The position numbers were made by a program, and so were the translations under genes. From NCBI GenBank assembly GCA_964036045.1, contig OZ038378.1:39494001-39558000 (forward strand): DNA of 64,000 nucleotides. Direction: 5' to 3'. Under the pieces are notes generated by a model. It made no database searches. It had not been told where the DNA came from and saw nothing but the letters and a program-made list of their open reading frames with translations. This DNA comes from Eutreptiella sp. 'Long Island Sound 2002'. Lineage: Eukaryota > Protista > Euglenida. Shown here one piece after another: positions 46,899 to 59,929 of this stretch. The first letter of the stretch is position 1. The number at the start of each line of letters is the position of its first letter.

Positions 46899-49800
46899 CC
46901 CTCGGTGGTGGTTATAGGGGTGGTTGCTTCGATTGAAAATGGAGTTTTGATCGAAGCTTTTTGTTTTCATCGAAACTTCTAATTAGATGGTCACTTTTAG
47001 TTTCGTTAAGGATTGGCTTTCTTGTTAGGAAAGATTGGCTAACCGCCTCAACCGGCCCAAACAGCCCAATGACATTGCACATTCACCGATTTCAGTACCA
47101 AAATGTATCAATTTCTCCTATTTTTGTTTCATTTTTGATTTTTCCGTTTTTTCGTTGCACTTCTATACGACATAGGCCCTTTTCTCAATGGAGGTTTATA
47201 ACTTCCTCAAACAGCAATGTTGTGGAGAAACACCATATTATGAGCTTGGAGCCTGTATTCTGGAAGAATTCTTCAGTGCCCACACATTGGCAAAAAAGCT
47301 GCTGTACACCTTAATCTTGAGAACGTCACCTGAGAAACATAAAGAAGTTAAGGAGGTGCTGCGCATAGCAAAGGTGGGGTGGAACATGACAGCAGCAGGG
47401 TTGCCAGATGGGGAAGAGAAAAAGTGCCTGCTGGCGGGTTGGTCAGACAGGGATCTTACTAGTGACATCAGTGATGATGTCATCAGCGCTGACGTCACCA
47501 TGACGTCGTCATGATGTCAACATGTCAACAACACAAACAAACGGTGCAAATCAGTCACAGGCAAGCAAATTTGGATCCGTCTTGTCGAACAGAACCATGG
47601 ATCTGACACCAGATCAAATCAGAGGTTTGCAGCTGTTTTTGGCTGTAATGCAACAGCAGCAGCATCAGGAGCCGCAGCAGGCAGGACCACCACTGCGGGC
47701 AGTAACATCAGGAGCACAGGTGGCGCAACCTGCAGCACACAGCGGACATTCTGTGGGACGAGGGAGCGACGCTCTGAGTGCATGTACGCAGGTACATTCG
47801 TTCTTTGATCGACATTTTGATCGACGCATTGTTCTTGATCGAACGATTTGTTTCAATCGACGCTAAATGTCTCGGGCCCTGGCACCGTCTCAACCATAAT
47901 CCGCACTGCAGCCAACGCGGCGGGCAACGCACCTGGCACAACCACCACTGGCACCACATGGGGTTCCTGGTTGACTTGCCTCCGTGGGTGGAATCTCTGT
48001 CGGACCACATTCTGGCATCTGTTTACAGCGAGTTTCAGCTGTCTCCTGCATATCAAAGCTTTCTGGCTGAAGAAGCATGGCCGGCCGCTGACGATGCAAT
48101 CTTTGCGACACCGTCCTTGCGTTACGTAACGGCATGCTGGGCCTGGCAGCGGATCATACCAAAGTTTAAGTCTGCATCGTGAAAGGCATTGCACTTTGGT
48201 GTCACCATCCTTCTCTGCGCTTTGGCGAATGAGAAGCCCTCGCCTTCCCCTGTCAAACAGAAGCAGGTCCATGTGTCAGTATACAAGCTTCTGGCACGCG
48301 TGTGGACACGGCACTGGCTGTGTACCCTGGAAATACCCCAACTGGCTTATTTTTGCCAGGACTGGGGCACTGGAATTAGTGGAACAGATGAACTACCAGT
48401 GGAGTGGTACAGTCCCAAAGCCAAGGTGGTGGGCCGATCTGCCGTTCGGCAAAGTCGCTCTATCGCACAGCACGCAGCGCAGCCTGAGGCCAGCACCACA
48501 CCTGCAAACCCAGTGACCCGAGCAACCGCTGTCCCATCCTGGCGATACCAGCTGGCCAGTGCATTGACGGCAGGCAAAACTGAGAACGGACGGGGCAACA
48601 TTGAGGTGTGTATTGCATCAATCAAAAAAATCAGCTTCAGTCGAAAAAAATCGTTCTAATTAGAAAGAAAAACCTTCAATCGATGAATTGGATCGGAACA
48701 GACATACCAGATTGCATAAGTGCTGCCTTCGTGCCACAGATCACCACTGTGCATACCAGTAACGCCGGAATTTGTTGGTAGACACGGGGACACGGGCATT
48801 TTGCACGCGATGACGTGAAGCTTACGGCTGGTGCTCTGTTGGACATGCTCACATTCCTTCCGGACTCTGCCATTCGCTTCCTGAGTGCCCGGAAGGGACA
48901 AGAGAGGCGGGCATGTACACAGGGCCAGCCAATACGGATGAAACTAGGTAATCTGCTGCCTGAGAGTCCAGACACGCAGTGTGACCGGCCTGCCTATACT
49001 GTGAGCATCCCCAATCAAGCAGTCAAACCCCGCAAGCAAGCTGAGTTGGCAGCAAAGAAGCAACTTGCGCCGCCACCCAAAAAAAATTTCGAGTCAAGTG
49101 CCTCAAACAGCGACAGTGACAGTGACATTTACAGCGATGCAGAGAGGAGCGACAAGAGCGACAAGAGCCACACGAGCAACAAAAGCGACAGGAGCGGTGC
49201 ATCGGAGCACACCGGGGATCTGCCGGACTGCCGATTCCTCAGTCGTTGAACTGGATGTGGATCGCCATCAACCTGAAGAATGTAGCCTGGCGCGCATTCC
49301 GAGCATTTGCTGCAACGGAGTTCAAGAGCCCGAGGTGGATGTTTCCGGTCCCTGTAAGGAGACAGAGTCGGCAGCCAGGCTGGAGCACGTATTGGATGCC
49401 AGAAGTCGCAAATCTGATGACCGGCACTTGACTGGGGAGTACATCACTGCACGTGAGGTGTTCAGTACAAGACAAGAGGCGGACGGCCGTGTGGCGGAGC
49501 TTGAGGCACTGGGACTGGCTGGTGTTCCTGTTGAGGGATAGGCCGCACCAGAAGCCTAAGCAGAAGAAGCGTGCTAATGGCGCCGGCAAGAGGAAGAAGG
49601 CGCTGCAGAGCAGGGCTGTCAAGAAGCAGAAGAAGCCTGACACCGCAGCTGCGTCGGAGGACCACACTGCACCAGACATGTGTAAGCACCAGGGGAAAGA
49701 GCAGCCAGATCAGGCACAGCACGCTGAGCAGGCAGAGCAGGCAAGCTTGGAGCTGTAGCGGACAGCCTGAAATATGCTAGTGATGGGAAAATGCGTTACA

Positions 49801-50129
49801 ATTGGACATTGCTTGCTAGCATTGTTTGATGCTGTTTTTTGCGCCATTGTGTTCGAAAATGAATCATCGATAGAAGCAGAAAGTTTCGATCGACACAAAT
49901 GATTCGATTTGAAAGACTGAACAGCAGGAGCACGCACACGCCACAGGAGCGCAAACTGGCAGAGTATTTCAATTGATTTTAATGTAATTGAGGATTGTAC
50001 CGTAGAAAACGTTGTACAAAATACTGAAATCAATGAAAACTGACTTTTCCAACGAATGCTTCGATTGAAGCTTTTTGAGTTGACCGAAGCTTCGTTCGAA
50101 AAAACCACGCCTATGATGACCACCAAGGG
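46899..50129. mobile_element. 3231-bp TIR DNA transposon (27-bp TIRs starting CCC, 2-bp AT TSD); no DDE transposase seen
   Basis: Left CCCTCGGTGGTGGTTATAGGGGTGGTT (46899-46925) vs reverse complement of the right end CCCTTGGTGGTCATCATAGGCGTGGTT (50103-50129), 22/27 identical. AT at 46897-46898 and 50130-50131. Removing it restores the gag frame TTG CAA GAC ATC CCT GCG CGG ATG. Confidence 0.9.
47188..49758 (+). pseudogene. Multi-exon gene remnant of unknown function inside the TIR element
   Basis: Intron 48606-48739 (GTGTGT..CACAG) joins ORF 48189-48659 in frame with ORF 48815-49249, with one TAG between them. Another GTACAT..TGCAG intron-like segment lies at about 47792-47911. It has an S/D-rich tract and a basic K-rich C-terminal part. 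Confidence 0.45.
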
Positions 50130-53100
50130 ATGTCTTGCAAACAGCTTTTCTGGCCGCCGACCTCACACTTGTCCAGGCACCAGATCGCAGCTTTCTCGCA
50201 ACCCACCAGGACGGTGAAGAGGAGGGCGTTCCGCAGTGACTGCCTCTTCAAGTCCCGAGCCACGTTGCTCCTTGTCCAACTCACAACCAGCTTGTTCTGC
50301 TCCTTGTTGAGCATCAACTCCACAGTTTGCTTGCTCTTAACCCTCTTTGCTTGCTGCTTTGGTGCCCGCTTCACCCAGGCCTCCGGGAGGAGGTTGAGCA
50401 GGAAGGACTGCTCATCATCTTCTTCACCATCCTCCACGTTACGGCAGAACAGAACGTACTGTCTACAGAAGTTCCGCCATTCACCTTGCCGAATGTCCTT
50501 GCCATCATGCTGCAACTTGATGGCTCTCCATCTCTTAATTGGCGGCGGCTTGAGGGGCGTCCAACCGCTCCTGCTCGTTGACTTACTTCTTGGCCTCGTT
50601 GAGGGTCATGACCTTCCCTTCCTTTACCGCCACGAGGTACAGCTCCTGAAGCACTTCCGGCAGGCGCCACCGGAACCGTTTGAAGACATATTTCTCCGCT
50701 TAGGCGCGATCCATGTCCTCAGTGACGGTCATCCCCCAGTCATCCAGTGTCTCCAGGAAGCGGTCGAAGTTGAGGGGGTGATCATGGCACAAGGGGGATC
50801 GGATGTCCTTCAGGTCCACCCACACGGCAGCTTTCGCGGCCTTTGAGTACATGAATGCCTACCGTGAAAATGACTGAGGCTCCAACTGGGGTCCCCCGTG
50901 TATTCCCACGTCTGCCAAGTCCGTCTCCTCCTCGACGCCGACGCAGCTTGCCCGCGGTTCCTCCACGCACGCCCCTCCCAGCACTCCTCAGCGTACGCCT
51001 TCCATGTACTCCTCCTCCTCGCATTACCGGCAGCTCCGGCTGGCGGCCTGCCCTTCTCTCCCGGGATAGGCTGATACCCAAGTCCTCGATGGGTTCTCCA
51101 TCGACTACATCAATGTCCCACCCCATGTCCTCCTCGGGCACCTCATCCCTCAGCGCTTCGTACCGGCCGTACGCCGGTGGGGCTTGTTCCGGGGCGCGCT
51201 CCGGGCGCCTTGGGCGGGCCAGGGTGCAGATTCGGCCGTGGCAACTGCGGTAGTCAGCGCTCAGCCACTCACCACGCTCCCCACCACTGCCACGCGCAAA
51301 GCGCGTGTAGTTGCTGCGACGAGCTCCGCCGTGGGCTTGGGGTCTGGCTGGACCTGGTCCGGGTCACGGGCCCTCGTCCAACGAGCCGGACTCCACAAGC
51401 AGCCGGTCACTCTCGGCTCTGCCGGGGCTCTTGAACCTGTCCAGCCTCCTCTGTAGCTTGGTGACCACACCGCTCAGCTGCTTGGCCGCCTTCTGGGCGA
51501 TGTCGAGGTCCTTCTGGGCCTTGGTGATGACTGCCCCACGCTTGCTCATCTCGGTCCTGTTGACCTGAACCTTGCGCTCCAAGGCCTGGGTCTTCCCCTT
51601 GAGCTACACGATCCAGCTCCAGGTGCTCTACGGGATGTTAGCCCCCGGTGGTCCTGCCAGGGGTCCTCCATGTGGGGGTCCTCCAGGTGGTCCTCTGATG
51701 GTGGTTCTGCGGGTAGCCCTGCAGGTGGTCCTCCGCCCGGGGGTCCTCCGGGGGGACCGCAATCTGGGGGTCCTCCTTCCGGCGGTGCATAACCAGCACC
51801 GGATGGGACAGCACCTGGATCGTACCCCAGATCGTCGTTGGAGTCCCATCAAAAAATGGTGCACAATGGTGGTCGGCACAGGGTCCCTTCCCTACTCCGG
51901 TAGGGAGGTGGGAAGCGGTCTCCTTTGGACCCCAGACGGGTACTGTTGCCTCCTGCAACGCCGGCTGCGGCCGCTCCCAGCCGACTACCCCTGCAACCTC
52001 AGCGATGCCGGCGGTCTTCTCCCTCCCAATCGCTGCAGCTGAAGAAGGGGTAGGAGTTGTGGGGCCGCCCTTTGGCGCGCCTGCGTGCACTTTCGGAGGT
52101 CTGCCCCTAGCCCTTGGGGCAGTGATGGGGGGCACAGCCGCTGCCCTTGCTGCTCCGCGAGTGCTCGGTGTCCAGCTTGATCTTCATCCTCGAGGCGGAA
52201 TCTGCTTCGAAAAGCCTCTGAAGGGTGTCAACGCAGGACCTTCCTGGGGGCGTCTTGCGCCTGATCTTCTTCTTAACCTCATCCACGCCGCGGCGGTGGC
52301 CTCAGCAGCTCGCCTCTCGGCTTCCTCCGGGGCTCGCGCGGCTTCTTCTTCACGGGCCCTTTGCAGCCAGAACCTTGCCAGCCTCGGACGCCCGAAGCTC
52401 AGCTTCGGTCTTGGCCCTCTCCTCGGCGACCTCCTTCCGCACGGCTTCGATGGCGTTCCCTCTTTGCGGCCTCCGCCCGGGTCTTGCTCAAGGCCTCTTG
52501 ATGGGTCCCTTCTTCTGCCTTCGTCCTTGCCCTCTCTTGGGCTAGGGCTTCTTCCAGCGCCCTCACCTCAGCCTCCTTCTTGGCAATAGCCTCCTGGGAT
52601 TCACGTGCTTCGTGAACACCCGCCTGTTCCCTTGTGGCTGCTTCAGCTTCACGCCGCTCCCGGCCAGCTGCCGCTTCCCGCACGGCTCCGGCGGTCGCTG
52701 CGGCCGTCATGGCTGCCACTGCAGAGGAGTTGATTGCCTGGGCCGTCTCCCACTCAGCTGCCCCCTGCTCTCCGAAGAGGATGGGTCCCTCAACGGCGGC
52801 ATTCTGCTGCGAGGCCCCCTCTCGGGCAGCCCGGAGACTATAGGGCACTCTGCAGATGCGCTCGCGAGCGCGGGCCACTTCACTTGGTGGAGGCCGGGCG
52901 CTTCCCCTGGCGGCGGGCCCTCCCCTGTGAGCGGATTCAACATCGCTGCTTCGGCATGATTGCCTCAGGAGCAGCCGATGGTGCCTTAGCCGAGATCTTC
53001 GGGCGACCTGCATGAAGAGGCCGAGGGTGGCGGTGCCAGGCTGGCGTCTGATGTCGGCCTGTTTGAGGGCACTCAGCTGTTCAGCCGGCCAGTCCCCCTC

Positions 53101-53769
53101 GTGGAGGTCGGGGCTGAAGGGGGGCAGCTGTCGGCTGTCAGGCCAGAACGTCAGCCCTTCTGCTGCCACTTGAACTTGTAGCCCATGGCTCAGAGTTCCG
53201 CTCCGATCGCGCGATAGACGGGGACATCTTCGCGGATCTCCACGTACTGGGGGGCAGGCACGCCATCCTCAGACCGGGAGCAGCGGTACTCCCAGCCTCC
53301 TCGAGCCCTTCCACCAGGGCTGTGATGGCCCACAGGTAGGGGAGGAAGGGGTTGGAGGCCCCGGAAGTCAACCTGGTGCTGCGGGGCATGGAGCTTGGCT
53401 GTGGTAGTTGGGGTGGTTGTGGCTGTTGATGCGGGTGCTGCAGGGACTCGTCGATGTAAGAGTCCTACTAGTGTTGATGCAGGGCCTGCAGGGACTCGTA
53501 GATGTTAGAGGCCTCCTCAGCACTCTTTGGTGATCTCAAGTTTCTCAGGGTTCGGGTGCTCCTTGATCTTCTCGGAGGCATGACTGGCTCGCTGGGACTC
53601 GGTACCTCAGCGGAGGTAAAAAGCTGTTGACGCCTTACGGTGGGGGGCCTGTCCACGGTCACGCTGCGGCAGACATGCAAACAAGCAGCCAGGCAAAGCA
53701 CTGCGCTTTCAGGGCATCCTTATCGGAGAAAGTGTTTTAGGATCCTTGCCATTCTGCAACAAAGTGAAA

Positions 53770-56690
53770 GTATGTGCACCAAGACATCAGGGTATGTGCA
53801 CACAGGTGGCTGAGGTCACTGACTGGGGTAAGGGTGCCTCATGGTGATGGACAGTCAGTCCATAACCATACCCCAACCCCAGGTCCCCCCTCCCCAGGGG
53901 CACACAGGAACGGGGGCTCAAACACAAAAATGGTCAGGAATGACCCTAGAACCCTGCCAAGCGAGGCACATGCCGACCAGCCACGGGTCATTTTCTATTA
54001 TCCAACAGGAGCCAGGGTCAGCCCATAGTGGCTCCGCTTGCTAGTTTGATTGCTTATCCCGGCTCCTGTTTGAGCCGGAGATATGGCCCCGCCATTATCT
54101 AATTGGAGTCGGGGGCCAATGTTGGCTGTTTCAGCCCAACCTGATTCTGGCTGAAAAAAAAAGTTCAAAATTGACCCCTCGCTCGTGCCATACGAGGGCA
54201 GCAGCGAATCAACCCACCCTCTACCCTTCGAGTACAGACTCCCCAAAGGCCCAATGCAATCTGGCTCCCTCACATTCCCCGGCGTCCTGGAGCCCCGGGG
54301 TTGCCAAGTGGGGTTAGGACGGCCAAATTGGCAAAATTGGCCGTTTCGGGCGGCCCACCAGGGTAGGCTTTCGGGGCAATCTTGTCGAGCCAAGCCTCCA
54401 GGCACGTCTCTTGACACTCTTTCTGATTCTGTGCATTGGTGTCTGGCTTGCTGTCCCGCTACCTGCTTGCTGTGCTACGAGGGGATGGTCACGCGACGGG
54501 GCACAATGCAGCACAAAATGAAAAATTGCGGGACACGGGGATCACAGTATGTTGCATATCTCTGGCGATGCCGGAGGTGCAAATACGAAAACCTACGGCA
54601 ACCAACCCATCATCATATGCTACCAGAATCGCATGTACTTCTTGGCCAGCCCCCTGGCCCATGGAGATATGGTGTTCTCAACTTGGACTAGAATGGCAAA
54701 AAGAACAAAATTTGGCCAAACGGCCCACACTCATGATATCGTATCTGCATGACCACGGCGAGCAATAATGTGAACAGAGACGTTGTAGACACATCGGACT
54801 GAGGTCCCAATGTATGCCTCAAAACTGTCCTCGAGGCTTCCTCTAGCTTTTTCTGTTGTCAGCGGGAAGATGGCTCACGAAAAATGGCAAGCAGCAACAA
54901 ACTTCATATTGGGTCACCCATGGATCTCCCGTCCCCAGGTAGGGATACATGGGGTCATAGCCTATTTGAGGACGGTTTTGGTACCCCTTCCCAATTGCGC
55001 TCAACCTTGGAGAACGGACGCTCAGACCTCCGGGGGTGAAATCAGGGGGAGAAGGAGTTGGGGCCCATTTTCGTAAAAAAGAGGAAAGGTTATCCCAAAG
55101 GTGGTCCTCTCCAAAATTGTATCTCCGATTCCCAAGTCAGATTTGCTTTGGGCTTATGCATGAAAGTAACCTAAAGTCTTAAGTCCCTTTGGAAAAAACG
55201 GTTCGGGTTCAAAGCATTCGGAAAACATTTTTAACACTTCATTCCTTCGAGCACACAAAATATGGGAAAAGGTGTCAAAAGGCCAATATTGGGACACATA
55301 TACCAACGAGGCGCTGAGGCCCGAATAATATGGCATATAGCCGAATTGAGGGACCCATAGTAAGTGTTCCTAAGCATGCTTACTATGGGTCAAGTCGTCC
55401 CTTCATTCCCAGGTAAATGGTGCATGCATATGGGCACATGTGCAAAATCAAGAAGCGGCACGCCTGCTCACAAGACAATATTATCCAGAATATGAGACAA
55501 GCTTGCCAAACTGGAACAAGCTAGAGATCATGTTGTTCATGGTCGCTACGTTCCAGATTGTCCTGGTTCAAGGCTCAACTCGCCATTAGCTTCAAGCACG
55601 ACCCTTGGTACCACGGTGATTTTGGACAGATGTTAGACGGAAAGTGGTCCATTTAAGCGACCATGTATTTTGGCATGCATTGAATTGCTTGGGACCATCG
55701 TTGAGTTCGCCCCAAAATGCGAAATAACCTCGAACTTTGGGTCTTTTGATCATTGTGTTAAGTTAGTTACGTTCATGCTCACAAGTAGACAAAGTGAGCG
55801 TTTGCGCACGATAAACACTTGGGTCTTTGACACCGCTAAGTGGCCCAGAATAAACCTCGTAAGATGCTCCCCCAAGAAAAGTGTTATTCCCATGTGAGAG
55901 GGGTATGAAAGGAAGGCAAATCGGGGAGATGTAGAGTTCCCAACGACCTCGTGGTCCTTCGGGCAAGTAAGTTCGGTCACTTGTGGGGAAAAGCTTGTGC
56001 AGAGATTTTCTCCCATACGGGACGGCAAAAAATTCTGGTGCGTACACCAGAGGAAAGTACATGAAAACCCCTAGAGATCCAAAACGTAACTTCCTTCCTA
56101 CCCTCAAAGGTACACAAGAAAGATGATACTCTGTATGATGGGCTGGCCTCCTGAGGACTCTCGAGCAGTGACTTTGGACTTGTATTACAAAAAAAAAAAA
56201 AAGAAGGATCCCACACAAAACAAGCCACCAAAAGGTGGCGGTGGGCCGCTAGCAGGCAATGACAAGCAGCGATTTCACTGCGGTCGGAAACTCGGTCAGA
56301 ATAAACGATTTGAAGGATTTTCCGCATGATTCGATCATAAAGATGAAAGTATTGAACTTCATGATCGGTTTCATCGATTGGGAAGGTTAGGGACGTGATT
56401 GGTCACATGCCGGTTCCCAAAGAACTGCGAAAAATATGACCCCACATGTGAGACGGAGAACTCCCGTATGAGACAGCCAAGGTTAAATATTCACCATTCG
56501 GGCCATGGCTTCCTGGGTACAGCTTCATATATGGGGATATGCTGTTCCCAATATGGCCTAAAGTGGCCAAAACAGCAAATATTCTGCGAACAAGCCCACA
56601 CTCACAATCCCATATCTCCTCGACCATGGCGAGCAATAACCTAAGCACAGATGCTACAGACACATGGGACCTACGTCCTAGAAGATGAAA
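53770..56690. repeat. Dispersed repeat family 'W', long copy with an internal ~200-bp module repeated (54640-54810 and 56500-56680)
   Basis: Homology to 1-700, 29585-29990 and 40590-40975. The internal direct repeat shares GCCCACACTCA..CCA(C/T)GGCGAGCAATAA..AGACACAT.GGAC. Confidence 0.7.
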
Positions 56691-58566
56691 ATTGGGGAAG
56701 ATACAGTAATCAACCTATCAAATTACTGTCATTATCAACATCGCCTGTTCCGAATCATTTATGAGGAATTTTTCCGAGCCGTCCAGCAAAAATGATTTCT
56801 GAAGCCTTCAAACACCAACAGAGTCCTCACAAGTCCAGTTCAACCTCGCCACTGTTTCCTTCCGCAATCTGCTACTCAACATACGCTGAGAACTATCCGA
56901 ACTCGGCTCGTACGGCTCTTTACAAGTGGGCCAACAACAAGAAAAACTCTCGGACTATTAGAAGTGCTATGGAAACACTCATAATTTCTCCGGACGTGAA
57001 AATTGCCTTCGATCAATCGCGCTCCCTACCTTCCAAATGTAACTTGGAAAGGGTTTTGGAAAAAGCCTTCAAGCCGACACTTGACTTATGGGGAGATGCC
57101 TTAACCAATGATTTGTCCGTCACCCAATCCAATGGTTGGTATTCGTCGTCAGCTAGCAACTCGTTCGACATGATGGAGGACCTTCTTTCCCTACGACGGC
57201 CTTTTCTGTCTAAAGCCACCGTCTCACAATACTTGGAACAACAAAGCACCCGAACACGTTCACACGTGCATGGAATTTTGCAAACCTTTGGTTGATTCAT
57301 TGCACCATGTCGACTCAAGGGGCATTTCAGCGAAAGGCTTTGTATGCTCCAAAGCTATCGATGACGCCTTTGCACCGGATACCTTGTTTGCAACAGATAC
57401 TCGCCCTTTTGTTGAAGCTCTTAAAACATTCTCCGCTTGCGCTCATATCCTCCTTCGCGTTTCTCAAACAAAAATTGTACAAGGTGGATTGACCACATGC
57501 CCTCCAACACGCAACGCATGGATTTTACTTGAGCTAAATTCCGCTCTTCATCCGCGTGATGAGTGTAGAAAAGGTATTCTGGTTTGCCCTGCCTGTGTTA
57601 GTGTTCCTGCTTCCTGGGTTTTGATTGATGAAAACCTTGATGGATTTTCCCAGACTGCAAAATGACAAAGGACAGGTACAAAGCAGCCGAAATACCGGAT
57701 CAAAATCAAGGTCAGGGGACAATCCTTCCACTCCAAAGCATAGGTAGCAAAAAGGGGCTGCAGATAGACACATGTAGATCCAAATACAGAGCTCCAATGA
57801 TTTATAAACAAAATACATGATTTTATGTGTGAAAACTAACATGACTCAGGTCCCCAAAATTTCTCCAAGCACTTCATGGGCACTCATTTGGATACAATGG
57901 AGTTGGTTAGGAATCTCGGGCATAGGAGTTGGGCCAGACACAGGATATGGCTTGGCCAGCATGGCCAAGCAACTGAATTCAGAATCAGTTAAAATGTAGA
58001 ACAACAATACCTGATAGAAAAAATTGAGTTTAGGGGTCTCGGGGTTGGGGACCACTAGGCTTAACCAACAAGGCCCTAGGGAAGAAGTGCCTACTTTACT
58101 CCAGTATTACCTCCATGAGGGAAGAAACCTCCGCTCAGTTGAGTGGTAGGGGTGAACTTCATGGGGGGCTAGGGTTATGACCCTGTTTACGTTGAGGAAG
58201 TGTACTTCATGCCTCAAAAAAGTGAGGAAAATGCCTAAGTGTTAATCTCAACATCATCCCAAGGTTTAGGGGGGGGGCTTGGCCTGGATCAAGTACCCCA
58301 AGAAATAAAGGGCAGTGATTTTTTCTTACTCCTACCTGGAGTGCTAGTTGATCAGGCTAGTAGGACATAGGGAAAAGGCTCAAATGTCCCCAAGGTTACT
58401 TCAGAAAATGATTCAAATCAGCCAATGACACTCCCATGAGTTCAGAGAAGCTTACCACACTGTAGGTACCCTTGAAAAACAGTGTAATGTACCGTGAATG
58501 ATGTCCCTTCGATGGGGCATTCCTCGAAAGTTGGCAGCGTGCGGCGAAACCTTTGGGCAAAAAGTT

Positions 58567-58635
58567 GGGGGTAGTGGGGTTTGAACCCAGGACTCCCTCC
58601 CTAGAGCAGACATGCTTGCCCACTAGGGTACAGTC
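58567..58635 (-). ncRNA. Degenerate tRNA-like sequence (SINE head or tRNA pseudogene)
   Basis: The minus strand reads GACTGTACCCTAGTGGGCAAGCAT..GAGTCCTGGGTTCAAACCCCACTACCCC, with A-box-like TAGTGG and B-box GGTTCAAACC. The acceptor stem does not pair. Confidence 0.4.
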
Positions 58636-59929
58636 GAACGCTCTAATGCGGACGGCGATCGCTGTATAAGCAGCGTTTTAGTAAACGTCCTGACCAAGCG
58701 CCAGGGCGGAGTCATACTCCCAATGGAGGGCACAAAACTCCAGGAGCTGAAAAAAACAGAAAATTGAACCAACAGGGTGTGAATCCTCGGGCCTTAGTGA
58801 AAGGCTTAGCGATTTAAGAAATCAAATCGCTAAAAATTGACGAAAAGACATTGGGAATCGCTTTTTAACTTCAAAACCTAAGGTCCAAGACAAATGCAAC
58901 AGAAGCGCACTACCAAAAAGAGGTGCGGAAGTGTAAACGGGCCCTAGATAAGAAGGTATGAGCCGTGCCTTTTAAAGCTTTTAAACAAAAGTTCTGCACA
59001 GTTGCACCAAACATTTTATAAACCTCAGGAAAAAGTATTTAATAGGCAAGCACACAACAGAGCAGGCGGACAACCCGCCTCTCAGGTATGTTATTGTCAT
59101 GTCACACGCATGCATTGTGTTCGTGTTGTTAGTTTCGTTAAAAGGCTAGGGTTGTCACCGCTGCGTTCGTTGGGCGTTTGGGCGTTCACTTCCCTTGCGG
59201 TGCTCAGGTCAAAACAGGAATCAAAGGTATCTTAGACGAATGGAGCACGCAGCGCGCACCTAGGGTTACAGTATTTGCTGTGCCCCCGACGCATGCGCCT
59301 AATCTAGGCATCCACACCTTGTGGCGCTTTCCCTGTGCATCCATCCACTCCTCCCTTCTCTCCACAGGTCAAAAAAGAAAGTGCTTGCTCGTGCATGCCT
59401 CGCCCTTGGAACCCGTTTTTCCCACGTGGATGGTGACACTAGTGTGCAACGCGTGTGATCAAGTGTGAAATAGGCCACTTGCACCCCCCTTGCACACCGT
59501 ACCCAAACTTTCTTGTCACCCTCTTTTTGGGGGGTTTTCGGGTACAAGCGAATCCCGAATGGTGTATTCCATTGATCTATTATGCCACCAACGTCTCACA
59601 TGCCTCATAAGTGTGTCCCATACCCACTTGCTTTCCCGTTTTGCTTGTAATGAATAGGTTGTAGACAAAGGAGAACCATGTTTTTTGCCATCAAACACCC
59701 CGATATTTCACATTGAAACCAATTTTTGTGTACCTCCAATGGTGTGTGCAACGGCCAAAACTCTACTGTTGCACTCGTGCAACCGTGTGGAACCGTGTGC
59801 AACCATCATGCTACGCGCGGTGCGCGCCGTATTACAAAAAATGAGAAATCCGTTTAATGCAAACACTTTCGGACAATGCATCACAAATCACACATAGCAC
59901 AAGCAAAGACGCATCCTGCATCATTGGAA

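Larger units (their letters stand above)
40990..53700 (-). mobile_element. Near-complete decayed chromovirus-type Ty3/gypsy element, lineage A: long gag - PR - Dam-like - RT - RH - INT - chromodomain, split by a TIR element
   Basis: gag capsid-like 50130-50850 continues as LQDIP|ARMTC at 46898; knuckle-like CFVC..H..C at about 46470-46520; PR DMLVEKGAHFSLV (45366-45761); RT WASP..WRLVV..YPLP, LKHGYHQ, FVDD (43640-44382); RH TDASIYAIG..FWSR..WTPREKE (43085-43441); INT HHCC and core (41950-42560); chromodomain about 41290-41510. Many stops and frameshifts. LTRs not found; 5' limit uncertain. Confidence 0.9.

Noticed and set aside
40085-54660. Repeat W as the LTR pair of chromovirus A
   Set aside because: Only part of each flank matches, the match is looser than between the duplicated copies, W continues past the supposed boundary, and there are no TG..CA ends.
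56700-57850. Coding remnant (Cys-rich PCTCERVRVLCCSKYC, minus strand; 167-aa plus ORF)
   Set aside because: Protein-like but broken by many stops in every frame, with no assignable family.
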